A DNA stretch of 64,000 bases, from assembly GCA_965240325.2 (NCBI GenBank), contig OZ251234.1, forward strand, positions 868,001-932,000. Direction: 5' to 3'. This DNA comes from Rebecca billardiae RCC1528 (lineage: Eukaryota; Protista; Haptophyta). The number at the start of each line of letters is the position of its first letter. Position 1 is the first letter of the stretch. The notes under the pieces are model-generated. The model was given only the letters and a program-made list of their open reading frames with translations, was not told where the DNA came from and searched no databases. A program made the position numbers and the translations under genes. Positions 51,256 through 61,494 of the stretch are shown here, one piece after another.

Positions 51256-53670
51256 ATGGCGGGCTGGCTGCGTTGCGCGTTGCTCGTCGTGTGGTGCTGC
51301 ACGGGTGGCGCCTCCGCGCGGCTGGTGGGCGAGCTCGAGCCGTGTCGAGCCCCATGGTTCGCCTCGTACAAGCACGGCTCCGCGCACGCCGCCGATGCGC
51401 CGGCCGCGGCCGCGGCCGAGTGCTCGCAAGCTGTGCGCTCTGCCCTCAAGCAGCACGCGGTGATGGACTGGGTGGCGGGGTCGGCCGAGCCGCCGGTGCC
51501 GCCACCCGAGCCGCTGCCCGTCGTCTCCGTCATGACGCACCGCGAGTTCGTCCTCGGCTGCCACTCCTTCGAGTCCCTCTTCTCGCACCGCATGCCGACG
51601 TACTTTGTGTTCAACGAAGAGTTCAGCGCCGCGTGGGGCCTGGGCGGGCTGCTGCGCGAGCGCGCCCCGCGCGCGTCGCAGCTCCTCGTGCTCTCGCGCC
51701 TGCCCGGCGAGATCATCGCGCGCGGCGTCGTCACTGCGCTCCTCTCCGCGCAGCCCGCCGCGCGCGAGCCCGAGTTTCTCTTCTTCTCGCACTGCGATAT
51801 TCACCCGCTGCCGCGCTGGCAGCCGCGCGGGCTGCCGTCGTACGAGGCGGCGGTGGCGGAGCTCGCGGCGGACTTCCGCGCGGAGAAGGCGCGCCGCGCG
51901 CTCGGCCGGACCAGCGTGCGCTCCGACGGCGGCTACGGCCACGTCTCGCCCGACTTTTGGCGCGGCAACGCGTCGTGCGCCGCGCTGCCCGCCTCGGCGC
52001 GCGCGTCGATGCCGGTGTACGCGATGAACACGGTGCTGGTGGAGAGCGTGCCGGCGAACAGCAGCCTGGTGGGCGCGGTGGTGCATGGCGTCGACGTCGG
52101 CGGGTACGTCGCGCAGGGCGGGCTCATCGCCTCCGCGCACGCGCGCGCGGCCGCGCCCGACGCCGAGCCTTGGCTGTCGGACACGGGCTCTTGGCTGGAG
52201 GACCACGCCCTCATGTACGACCTGCGCATGTTCCGCGCGCTGCACCGGGCGTGGGCGCTCGACGCGGCGGGGGACGTGCTGTTCCACAACGAGTACTTCC
52301 AGCCCGAGCTGCTCTGCCGCATGGGCTGGACCTCCCTCCGCACCAACGAGGTGTACTTGCACTACTCGACGCGGCTGGAGGACGACCGGCCGTTTGCGCG
52401 TGCCCACCGCAACACGGAGCTCCGGCGCAGGCCGAGCAACATGCGCCGGCGCGACGGGCTGCCGGTGTACGCGGCGGCGCGCGAGGGCGGATCCGGCGCG
52501 TCGCCCCCGTCCGTGTACGCGCGCGTCGACCTCGACTGGCTCCGCGCCTTCCAGCTCGAGCTGCTGTACGCACGCATGTCTCCTGCCGCGCGCGTGCGCG
52601 AGCACGTCGCGGCCAACGCGCTGCTGCGCTCGCAGCACTTCCTCGAGTGGGGGAACAACGTGTTCGCGCTGTTCGGCCGGCGCACGATGCTGCCCAGCGT
52701 GCTCGCCCGCGCGCCCGAGCGCCGCGCCGAGCTGCGCGAGCTCGTCGACGCGGGCCTCGGCCCGCTCTTTGGCGTGGCGGGCTATGAGCCGTCTGGGACG
52801 CGCGCCGAGCCGCTGCCTGACCAAGACTTTCTCGTGCTGCGCCGCACGTCGTTCCCGCTCTCGCGGTACTTCCACGTGGCGTACGCGCAGGGCGTGCGCG
52901 CGGAGTCGGCGCCGCCCGTGCCGCGCGGCTGCCGCGCCGTCAGCCAGCCCTTCTCCATCGGCAACGACGTGCACGCGTGCGTCCTGTTCCTCGACCTCGC
53001 GACGGCCGACAACCGGCGCGTCGCCGTGTACGGATCGAACTTCCGCACGCTCGGCGGGGCGGAGGGGTGGGAGCTGGGCGCGGCGGCGTCGGCGGAGTCG
53101 TCGTCGCGCGCGCCGCCGGTGCTGCGGCTGCCGCTCTCCGCGCGGCTGCTCGCGATCGGCTCGCCCATGGTCGCCCAGCCCGGCCGCTCCGCGCCCGCCG
53201 AGACGGTTCTGGACGCGGCCGCGCGCGTGTGCGAGAGGCTGGGCGTCCCGGCACTCGCCGAGCGGCTCGGCGGCGGCGGTGGCGGCGGCTCGTGGGTGCC
53301 GCACGCCGTGCAGCGCATGCGCGCGCTGCTCACCGGCGAGCCCGCGCCGCCCGCCGCCGCCGAGGGCTACCACTTCCCGCGCCCCGCCGACACGTGGTAC
53401 GCGCGCATGCGCACCCTCAAGCCGATCGACAGCGCGGCGGACACGGCGTCGTTTGGGTACCCGCAGGGCGTGCCGGTCGCGAGCGTCCGGACGCTGTGCG
53501 AGGGCGCGCGCGTGCGCACGACGCCGCGCGGCCGGATCAATGCGCAGCTCTGCTCGGCGATGTCGCCCGCGCCTCCCGGCGCGGGCCCCGGGCCGGACCA
53601 CCGGCTTGCGCCGCAGATGATTTGCTGCAGCCTGCAGCGCTGCCACACGTGCGACATCTTCTCGCCCTGA
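51256..53670 (+). CDS. Secreted/Golgi protein of unknown function, possible GT-A fold
   Basis: Signal peptide MAGWLRCALLVVWCCTGGASA; long ORF with coding-like codon usage; EFLFFSHCDI (DxD-like position) and WLEDHALM. Confidence 0.6.
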   Translation: MAGWLRCALLVVWCCTGGASARLVGELEPCRAPWFASYKHGSAHAADAPAAAAAECSQAVRSALKQHAVMDWVAGSAEPPVPPPEPLPVVSVMTHREFVLGCHSFESLFSHRMPTYFVFNEEFSAAWGLGGLLRERAPRASQLLVLSRLPGEIIARGVVTALLSAQPAAREPEFLFFSHCDIHPLPRWQPRGLPSYEAAVAELAADFRAEKARRALGRTSVRSDGGYGHVSPDFWRGNASCAALPASARASMPVYAMNTVLVESVPANSSLVGAVVHGVDVGGYVAQGGLIASAHARAAAPDAEPWLSDTGSWLEDHALMYDLRMFRALHRAWALDAAGDVLFHNEYFQPELLCRMGWTSLRTNEVYLHYSTRLEDDRPFARAHRNTELRRRPSNMRRRDGLPVYAAAREGGSGASPPSVYARVDLDWLRAFQLELLYARMSPAARVREHVAANALLRSQHFLEWGNNVFALFGRRTMLPSVLARAPERRAELRELVDAGLGPLFGVAGYEPSGTRAEPLPDQDFLVLRRTSFPLSRYFHVAYAQGVRAESAPPVPRGCRAVSQPFSIGNDVHACVLFLDLATADNRRVAVYGSNFRTLGGAEGWELGAAASAESSSRAPPVLRLPLSARLLAIGSPMVAQPGRSAPAETVLDAAARVCERLGVPALAERLGGGGGGGSWVPHAVQRMRALLTGEPAPPAAAEGYHFPRPADTWYARMRTLKPIDSAADTASFGYPQGVPVASVRTLCEGARVRTTPRGRINAQLCSAMSPAPPGAGPGPDHRLAPQMICCSLQRCHTCDIFSP

Positions 53671-54507
53671 GGCGCGTCACGTCCAATGCAGAGTGCCACG
53701 AGGGTTTGTTAAGATTCGCAGTCTGGATCGTCGTCGATCCTACTCGATACCTTGACCACTGCATTGCAGACGATGCCAGTCTCAGTTTATTAGTTGGCAG
53801 TGTCACAGGTGAGACTGCCACTGATGACCGAGTGCCGCCGACTCCTCGTAAATCAGTCGTCCGGGCTGCACTCTGAATAACACTTCAAGCTAGCTAGTAA
53901 ATATATATATATAATAGTTACTACTACACACTTACACCGTTACAGATGACAGCAGATGCGCGCGCGACTCAATACTACTACATTTACAGATCCGGACGAC
54001 GACGAGAGTAAGCAACGACTGACGACGAGTGGCAAAATAGGCTACACGGAGTAGACTGTACAGTAACAGTAGCTAGATGCCATCAGGCCCTCAGTCCGCC
54101 TCACTGTCGATCCGATTGAGACAGCAGTAGGCTTCATCATCAGAGTGATGAGAGTATCTCAGATGATACGACACTGCGGACAGCGTCTAAGCTTGCCACG
54201 TACTACGTACGTAGTCTGACTGTCACTGAGTGAGAGTCGGACCGCGTGACGGTCAGCCGCGATCAGTCAGAATCAGTGCGCGACATCGCGCGTCGCGTCA
54301 TCGGACGCGGACGACTACTCTGTAGGCTTCGCGTCAGCACTCATCACGACCGTATACTGTACGTACGAGTGTACAACTGGCTCTGAGAACTCTAAACTCT
54401 GCCCAGGTGGCCATCAGGCCATATCAGGCTCAGCAGGCTCGGGCAGCACGCCAGCAGGCTGCGCGCGTACTGCTGTACTACCGGTCAGCACGCCACTGCG
54501 ACTCCGA

Positions 54508-55887
54508 TCACCCACCAAACAAGGCGGCCTTCAGGGCGGAGAGCGGCTCCTGGAGAGCACTCTGATCAACATCGCTGCCGAGCTCGAGCGTCGTGACGTC
54601 GGCCAGGTACGTCTCCGCGGCCTGCAGGCTCGTGCCGACGAACGCCGTGCGGTCGCGGAGGGCCGTGTGCCACGGGCCGCCGTCAGTGAGAGCTGCGTCC
54701 ACGTCCGCCGAGCAGAAGGTGGAGGCGTTCACCGCCTTCTCGAAGCGCGCGCGCAGCGCATCGGCCGAGTGCCACGCGGGGAGGAGCCGCGCCTCCTCGG
54801 CGATCGAGAAGCGCAGCAGCTCCGCGAGCTGTCGCTGCGACGCGCAGCGCAGCGGCAGCGGCGGCAGCTCGCCGCGCGCCAGCCGGTCCTCAAGCCAGCG
54901 CGCAGCGCCGCCGAGGAGGGTCGTGCTGGCGATGGTCTTGCGGATGATGCCGCGCTTGGTCGCGGCGGTGAGCACGTCCAGCACGCTCATGTGCTCGCGC
55001 GGGCGCGCGGAGTGCAGCCGTGCCGTGACCAGCGCGCGCCCCGTCGAGCTCTCCTGCAGCCACTCACACGAGCGCTGCGCGCTCATGTGCGCGCACATGA
55101 GCTGCCTGAGCGGCGGCTCGGCGGCGTGGATGTTGAGCAGGGTGACATCGGCGCCGAGGGCGCGGTACCGATCGTACACCGAGCCCGACCAGCCGTGCTC
55201 CCGCCAGTGCGCCCTGCTGCCCGGCGACTTGCCCAGGAAGTCGACGAGCGTCGCGTACGGCGGCAGCCCCCCGAACCGCTCGACAGCCTTGCCGAGCGTG
55301 CGCGGAAGGATCGCCTTGTCTTTAAAGATCTGGTTGTGCAGGGAGGGGACCCACTCGAAGAGCCGGCGGTACGCCACGACGACGCGCACGCTGCGCAGCC
55401 GCGGCGCGAGCGCGCCGAGCAGCCACGTCGCGTTGCACTTCGGCATCGAGAAGCCCTCCGAGGAGAGAAGCAGCCGAGCGCCCGGCGCTGCGGCCGTCTG
55501 GCCGACGGCCTTGTCGAGCGCGACGAGCTCGCGCGAGTCCTCCTGGACGGGGCCCGCGCCGTCGTTGTGTGACAGCGCTTGTGCGATGTTGCCGTGGCTC
55601 ATGAAGCCCGTCCACCGGCCGGGGATGCGTGGGATCACGAACGCGTCCTCGCGCGCCAGCAGCCTGCGCAGCTTGAGCGGCGGCTCAAGCAGCGCGCGCT
55701 GGATGGCCGAGCTGCCCGTCTTGCGCGGGCCGACGTGGACGATGACGCGCGCAGGGGCGGTGCGCACCGTCGGGGTGGCGTTCTTGGTCAGCGGCTGGGG
55801 CGTCAGCGCACTCGCCGCTCCCACCGCCAAGGCCACACGGACGAGCGCCAGCCTCACGCCCACGCTGCGGCTCCCGGAGGACGGCAT
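54508..55887 (-). CDS. Sulfotransferase-like P-loop protein
   Basis: Signal peptide; VIVHVGPRKTGSSAIQ, LLLSSEGFS, VVVAYRRLFEWVPSLHNQ. Confidence 0.75.
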   Translation of the reverse strand: MPSSGSRSVGVRLALVRVALAVGAASALTPQPLTKNATPTVRTAPARVIVHVGPRKTGSSAIQRALLEPPLKLRRLLAREDAFVIPRIPGRWTGFMSHGNIAQALSHNDGAGPVQEDSRELVALDKAVGQTAAAPGARLLLSSEGFSMPKCNATWLLGALAPRLRSVRVVVAYRRLFEWVPSLHNQIFKDKAILPRTLGKAVERFGGLPPYATLVDFLGKSPGSRAHWREHGWSGSVYDRYRALGADVTLLNIHAAEPPLRQLMCAHMSAQRSCEWLQESSTGRALVTARLHSARPREHMSVLDVLTAATKRGIIRKTIASTTLLGGAARWLEDRLARGELPPLPLRCASQRQLAELLRFSIAEEARLLPAWHSADALRARFEKAVNASTFCSADVDAALTDGGPWHTALRDRTAFVGTSLQAAETYLADVTTLELGSDVDQSALQEPLSALKAALFGG

Positions 55888-57720
55888 CGTGAATACAGTA
55901 TCAGCAGTTGAGTAGCTATGTATCAGCCATCAAGCGCATTCAGATCGAAACATGACGATGATGGATTGTCCGGCGCGCACAGATTTCGGCCGGACGGCTT
56001 CATGGACGGTGGCAGATGGCGTCATATTAATAGTCCAGAGCGATTGAAGGGTGCCTTCGTGAGCTGTGTGTATCCTAGTAAACGGTTCGCCTGCCTGAGC
56101 TGTGTGCGTCTCTTATTCTTATAGTAAACTGTAGTGCGCTGTAACGGTTGCCGGACGCCCCCTCACTGAGACTGTCTGAGAGTTGGCCCCTCCACACAGG
56201 CGGCCGCCCGCGCGGCGCACGGGCGGTACACGGCCTCCTGCGGTCCTGCCAGATCGGTGAGCTGACGAGACTGTCTGACAAGTGACGACAGAAGCATTAC
56301 GCGTGGCCGGGAATCAGAGCCGGTGGCAATCCGCGCCCGGATCAGTCAGTCAGACCGCCTCAGTCAGTGATGTGTTCCTTCACTGATTCAGCCAACCATT
56401 ACAGTAAGAACCAATCTGGCAATCATCCCTGCTGCATGCACGGACGGACGACCAACTGCGGCAGCGCGCGCGTCGCGGTGATCTGAGGGCCGACCAGCGC
56501 CAATTGCCGCAGCATCTATCAGCTGGGGGAGCGGGCGGGCGCGTTAAGCACTCATACGCCGTCATACGGCAGAGTCAGAATGCTACAGTATAATTTGAAA
56601 CCGATAATGACCGATAGCTCCGGCGCCGACGATTTTCGAATTGAGTGATCTGACCGGGTTGGTGACACTGGCGGCGATGGGATAGCCGGGACCCGCCTCA
56701 CAGACGTGCTGAGTCGGGTGCTGACGTGTCTGAGCGGCCGTAATTAATCAGGCAGTTGTGCTTCACGTCGCCTCTTTCAACATACTATAGCACGCTCGCA
56801 CGTGAGCTGCGGACTCAGGCAGCCCGCGGACAGACGCCCCCGGGGCCAGCCGGCCCGCACTGCCTGCTGAGGGAATACGCGAACCACTCCCCCTAGCTGT
56901 GGTGCAACCGCCGACCCCTCGGCAATGCAGCCTGCTCTCCCTACCTCCGGCCTTCGTCGGCGTTCGGCTGTCGGGTATTCGGGTGGTGCATGGCGGAGCT
57001 GCGCTGCGGCAGCGTGGCTCAACGGGCGGGCGTCCGGGCGTTGGGCAGCTAGGGCGGCGGAGGCATGTCGGCCTCCTGCCCTATGCAGGAGTCTGGCTAC
57101 GTCTCTCGCTATCGTAAGGTACCGTGGGGTTCGACAGCCGCTGGCCAGTTGGCCACTCGGAACTCGCGCGAAAGGCGGGACGGCCGGCGGTCGTAGCTGG
57201 AATGGGTTTTGACCGGGGCTTGGGGCCCTCACGACGTGCGCGACGACGAGCGAGGCGGCGGCGCGCGGCGCGCGCGCGAGAGTAGAGCGTGCATACGAGC
57301 CTACGGTACGGTCCGTGCTTGACGAGCGCGCGCCGAGGCCGCACCCCGCCTCCTCGTCGCGCGATTTTTTCCCCTTCAAAACGTACCGTGGGCGAGGGCG
57401 CGGCGTGTGCGCGTGCGGTTGGCGCTCTGCGTGTGCCCAACATGTTCGTACATCACGCCCCGCACCGAATCGCGCTTTGAAATCACTTCGCGAGCGGACG
57501 GCGCGCATCGCATGCGAGGATTGCACGTGCCATTTCTGTGCTTCCGAGCAGGCATTGCGCGGGCATGAGGAGAAAACGAGTGAGCTGTGCATGACTGACG
57601 CGTCTCATGACGCACATGCGGCTTCAACTGGCGCCTTGGCCGCGCCTCGCAGGCCCTTGCCCATGCTGAAGCTGCGTGCGTGCATGCGTCGTGCGTGACC
57701 GGATTGGCGGCCAATCTCGC

Positions 57721-57758
57721 CAAGGGAGATACAGTAGCCGGCTACAGTATCTCCCTTG
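57721..57758. mobile_element. 38-bp palindromic micro-insertion with 7-bp TSD (ATCTCGC)
   Basis: ATCTCGC|CAAGGGAGATAC-A-GTAGCCGGCTAC-A-GTATCTCCCTTG|ATCTCGC. Confidence 0.8.
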
Positions 57759-57916
57759 ATCTCGCCTGCCTCAGCTGATTGCGTCTCTTACTGCACTGTA
57801 TTAATCTTAGTAAACCGGTACTCATGAGCCACCTTCTACAATAATAAACAAGCCGTCACCAGTCACCACCGGTGACGAAGACGTCGTGATTCCCACGCCC
57901 CCCGGCCCGCCGTGCC

Positions 57917-59032
57917 ATGCCCGGTGACGTTGGCCCCCGGATGGCGCATGGGCCCGCGCGGCGCACCGCGAGCTTACCGCCCATGCGGCCCTTGGAGAAA
58001 GGACCGTCCTGGAGCAAGCTCGCGCGCGTCAGCTTGCCGCCCATGGTGCACTTGGAGAAACGCGGGTCGTGGAAAGAACTCGTTGCAGGCAAGCGGCGCG
58101 AGCGCCAGGCCGTCAATGGGGTGGAGCTGCCGGTCCTGCGACTCTACGGCTTCCGTGGATTGCGCACCGTGCACGGCACGCCGATCAAGGAGCTCCCGCC
58201 GGAGGAGCAGGAGAAGCTGATGGCCATCAAGGACGAGGAGCCGCTGCTCTGGGCCGGTCACGTCGCGCTCTCGACGGATGGGGGTAAGACGCTGTACGGC
58301 TTCCAGTGCGTCGTGCCGCCGGGGTACTCTACTCATGACGTCATCAGCCAGCTCATGGCGCACCAGCCTCTCCCGGGGCTCGTGACGGACGACACGGCGC
58401 TTTTCGAGAAGGCGCGGCAGAAGGCGCGCGGCGAGGGCTGGAACACGCATGTGTTTGAGAACCACAAGCTGCTCAACGCAGACCGCCTGGACGCCATCCA
58501 CAAGCGGCTCGTCGCGCTGAGCAAGATCACGGACGGCTCGCACGGGTACAGGTACTGCTTCCCCACGGTCGAGCCGGATCCTGTCACGGGGAAGCATTTC
58601 CCTGATGACCTCACGGCCAACTGCGCGACGTTTGCGCAGATGGCGTTCGGCGTGACCATCCCCGATCCGAGCGGCAACCTGCGCTACTTCATGCCCGAGG
58701 TCAAGTCCGCCGCGACTTCGAGGGGCTTCAAGCGGATGCGCGCGTCGTCGCTCGGCAACTCCTCGCTACAAGCAGGGCACGACGCTGCGCTGCGCTTTCG
58801 TCAGGTGGTCCTCCACGCGAACTCTGCAAAGCAGGCTCAGCTCAAGCTGCCCCCGCTGCCATCCAGCTCGTCGAGAGGCGGCAGTGCTGCTCTGCCCGCT
58901 GCTCCGTTGCACCGCCCACGGAGAAGCGGGGCGGACATGCCGGACCTGCCCAAGCTGGTGCTGTTCGCGCCGGAGATGGATAGGCAGCACCAACCTACTC
59001 GTGTTGTGGAGCGCCGACGGTCTGTTGCCTGA
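57917..59032 (+). CDS. Uncharacterised protein with His...Cys motifs suggesting a permuted papain-like fold
   Basis: WAGHVALSTDGGKTLYGF ... Y.FP ... ANCATF; intronless 371-aa ORF. Confidence 0.65.
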   Translation: MPGDVGPRMAHGPARRTASLPPMRPLEKGPSWSKLARVSLPPMVHLEKRGSWKELVAGKRRERQAVNGVELPVLRLYGFRGLRTVHGTPIKELPPEEQEKLMAIKDEEPLLWAGHVALSTDGGKTLYGFQCVVPPGYSTHDVISQLMAHQPLPGLVTDDTALFEKARQKARGEGWNTHVFENHKLLNADRLDAIHKRLVALSKITDGSHGYRYCFPTVEPDPVTGKHFPDDLTANCATFAQMAFGVTIPDPSGNLRYFMPEVKSAATSRGFKRMRASSLGNSSLQAGHDAALRFRQVVLHANSAKQAQLKLPPLPSSSSRGGSAALPAAPLHRPRRSGADMPDLPKLVLFAPEMDRQHQPTRVVERRRSVA

Positions 59033-59501
59033 CCGCTGACGCCTGCCGGTGGCGTGAGGCGCCGGCTGGCCCCGGTGCGGGTGCTCACACAGGTCATCAG
59101 CGGTCAATGGTAGTATCAGTCCAGAGATATTAGCAGAGGGTCATCGTGCCTGAGCTGCTGTCAGTCTGCTGTGTGCGACGTAGCCGCCTGCTCGGCTCCG
59201 TCAGCGCCTGCGTGGCCGGACCACCCCGGTCCGGGCGAGTGATGAACTGATGTGTGTGACTGCGCCAGCTGCAGTAATCAGCAGCAGTATATACATATAT
59301 ATATGGCAACGCCGTGATGGCGGCAGCCGAACAGCCTGGGCTGATGCACTGAGCAGCCAGCGTACCAGGCTGCTGCTCGGACGATTCAGTTTCATCATGC
59401 GCACTTGATATATCATCATCACTATAACTGTCATCACATATTCATCATATCGACGATCATATATCGTCATCAATACGGCGCGACAGGCTTCATCATCAAT
59501 T

Positions 59502-61370
59502 TCAAGGCCCGCTCACGTGCGCTTTCGATTTCACGCTGCCCGGATGCCAGCGCTCTGCCGCCGCGTTACTCTCGCAGCGGCTGCAGTTCGCCAGGGCGTC
59601 GCCCCCGCCGCCGCGCAGCCGCACCAGGTGAGCAATCGAGCGGCCGTACTTGCCGCCGGTGTAGAAGAAGTGCCCAGCGTGGCGCAGGGCGTGCAGCACG
59701 TCCTCGTCCGGCGGCTGACCGAGCCGAAGCTGCACGGTGTGGCCACGCGCCTCGAGGTAGCGGCGCACAGCGTGCACGTACAGGCAGGTCTTGACGACGC
59801 TGCCACGGCTGCCTTCAGTATTTGGAGTGCCGCTGCCGCTGCGCGCGCCGGCCGCCGAGGCCGCGCCATGCCGCCTCGTCGCGTCGGGCGGGCCGAGGTG
59901 CGCCGCCGCCATCAGCGTCACCGCGCTGCGCGCCGGCAGGCACGAGAAGCAGCGCAGCGGCAGCACGTACGCGTCGCTTGGCTTCTCCTTGCGCAGCAGG
60001 CCTGGGCCGATAGGGTTGAAATAGGTCTGCTTGGCGAGCATCGTGCTCACGGAGGGCGGCGCGCTGTCGACCACGTCCCCCACTCGCACGTGCACCACTA
60101 CGCTGGCATTCGGCGCGTCGGCACGCGGCTCCTCGTGTGCGCGCGCCGCATCGCCGAGCCCAGCGCCAGCCAGCTCGAGCAGCAGCGAAGTGTTGAGCAG
60201 CGCGCGCTCGCGCACGCTGCGCGGCGTGCGCCTGCCGTCATACCGAGCCAGCTGCGCCTGCGTGTACCGCGCGGCGAGGGAGCCGGGGTAGCGCTCGCAC
60301 GCGGCGCCGCACGCGCGCGACTGCCACGGGAAGTGCAGAGTCAGAAGGTCGAGCAGCTGGTAATGCTCCCAGCCGGCTGGCTCGAGGAAGGCCGCCAGGT
60401 GCGTGTCGTCCGCGCAGGCGAGATTCTCGTGGTGCAGGTGGCGCGAGGCCGCGCACTCAGAGGCGAGCGATGCGCCGCTTGCGCCGCCATCGGGGGTGCT
60501 CTGGCGGAGCGATGCGGGCTCGACGCAGCCCAGGCCGCGCGCGGCGCGCCGCCAGTGCGCCCCCTTCAGCACTGAGCGCAGGCGCGGCTGCACGAACGCT
60601 ACGAGCAGCTCAGGATCGGCCACCGGTGATGCTGCATCCTCGGAGGGGGCGGGGGCGGGGATCGCGCTGGCACTGGCTCCTTCGCGGCCGGCCTCTCGGC
60701 TGCCGAGGCACGCACACACGAACGCCGCATGCTCGAGCGCCCCGACCGCGCCCGTAAGCCGCGCCAACGCCTGCCGGTGCTCCTGCTCCTGCAGCCCGGC
60801 CGCCGCGCGCAGAGGCTTGCCGCCACCTGATCGCGACCCCAGTCCAACGGCGCGGGAGGCCGGCTGGTGCTGCGTGCTCAGGTCGGCGACGACGCGCACG
60901 TCCTGCGCCGCGTGCGTGGCCGCCGCCATCAGCGCGCGCAGCCTGCGCTCGCGCCGCGGGCACGCGAAGCCGATCACTCGGGCGTCCGGGTGCCGCCTCA
61001 CCAGCCCGCCAAGCCATCGGGCCAGGCTCGTCTCGTCGGTCGCGAGGGCAGGCATGGCGGTCACCCATGCGCACGCGCCACCGTCGCAGCTGCGAAGCAG
61101 CCGCTCCCACGCGCCGAGCGCGGCGTCGGTCAGCGTGCTGACACACACAAAGCGCACGCCGTCCGCGTCCGCGTAGAAGCTCTTCTGCGCCCGAGCGCCC
61201 GCCGCCTGCTCGTAGATGTCGGGGTCGGCTGCCAGCAGAGCCCACTCTCGCTCGCCCGGCTCTCCACTGCAGACAATCAGGCAGGCGACGAGAGCGAGGT
61301 TGCTCCTCCATCTCGACTTGGCGCGCAGAGCCCCCATGCTTGCCAGGCGGATCCCACGGTCCGCATGCAT
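59502..61370 (-). CDS. Membrane/secreted protein with C-terminal GT11/fucosyltransferase-like domain
   Basis: VVVHVRVGDVV and PDEDVLHAL..A..F...GG.Y...IA.LV..RGG; hydrophobic N-terminal anchor; start at 61370 or 61337. Confidence 0.6.
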   Translation of the reverse strand: MHADRGIRLASMGALRAKSRWRSNLALVACLIVCSGEPGEREWALLAADPDIYEQAAGARAQKSFYADADGVRFVCVSTLTDAALGAWERLLRSCDGGACAWVTAMPALATDETSLARWLGGLVRRHPDARVIGFACPRRERRLRALMAAATHAAQDVRVVADLSTQHQPASRAVGLGSRSGGGKPLRAAAGLQEQEHRQALARLTGAVGALEHAAFVCACLGSREAGREGASASAIPAPAPSEDAASPVADPELLVAFVQPRLRSVLKGAHWRRAARGLGCVEPASLRQSTPDGGASGASLASECAASRHLHHENLACADDTHLAAFLEPAGWEHYQLLDLLTLHFPWQSRACGAACERYPGSLAARYTQAQLARYDGRRTPRSVRERALLNTSLLLELAGAGLGDAARAHEEPRADAPNASVVVHVRVGDVVDSAPPSVSTMLAKQTYFNPIGPGLLRKEKPSDAYVLPLRCFSCLPARSAVTLMAAAHLGPPDATRRHGAASAAGARSGSGTPNTEGSRGSVVKTCLYVHAVRRYLEARGHTVQLRLGQPPDEDVLHALRHAGHFFYTGGKYGRSIAHLVRLRGGGGDALANCSRCESNAAAERWHPGSVKSKAHVSGP

Positions 61371-61494
61371 TTTCGGATCAGCCTCGGCGGGGAAAAAAGC
61401 AGCCCACTTGCCCAAAACTCCAATAAAAATCGTTCGTCGACGATGACGACGCAATTACGCGGTCGTCGCGGTCTCCTCGCAGCAAATCAAAGCG

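Noticed and set aside
57100-57170. GGTTCGA motifs (also at 48586 and 62881) as tRNA T-loops
   Set aside because: No cloverleaf or acceptor stem can be formed.
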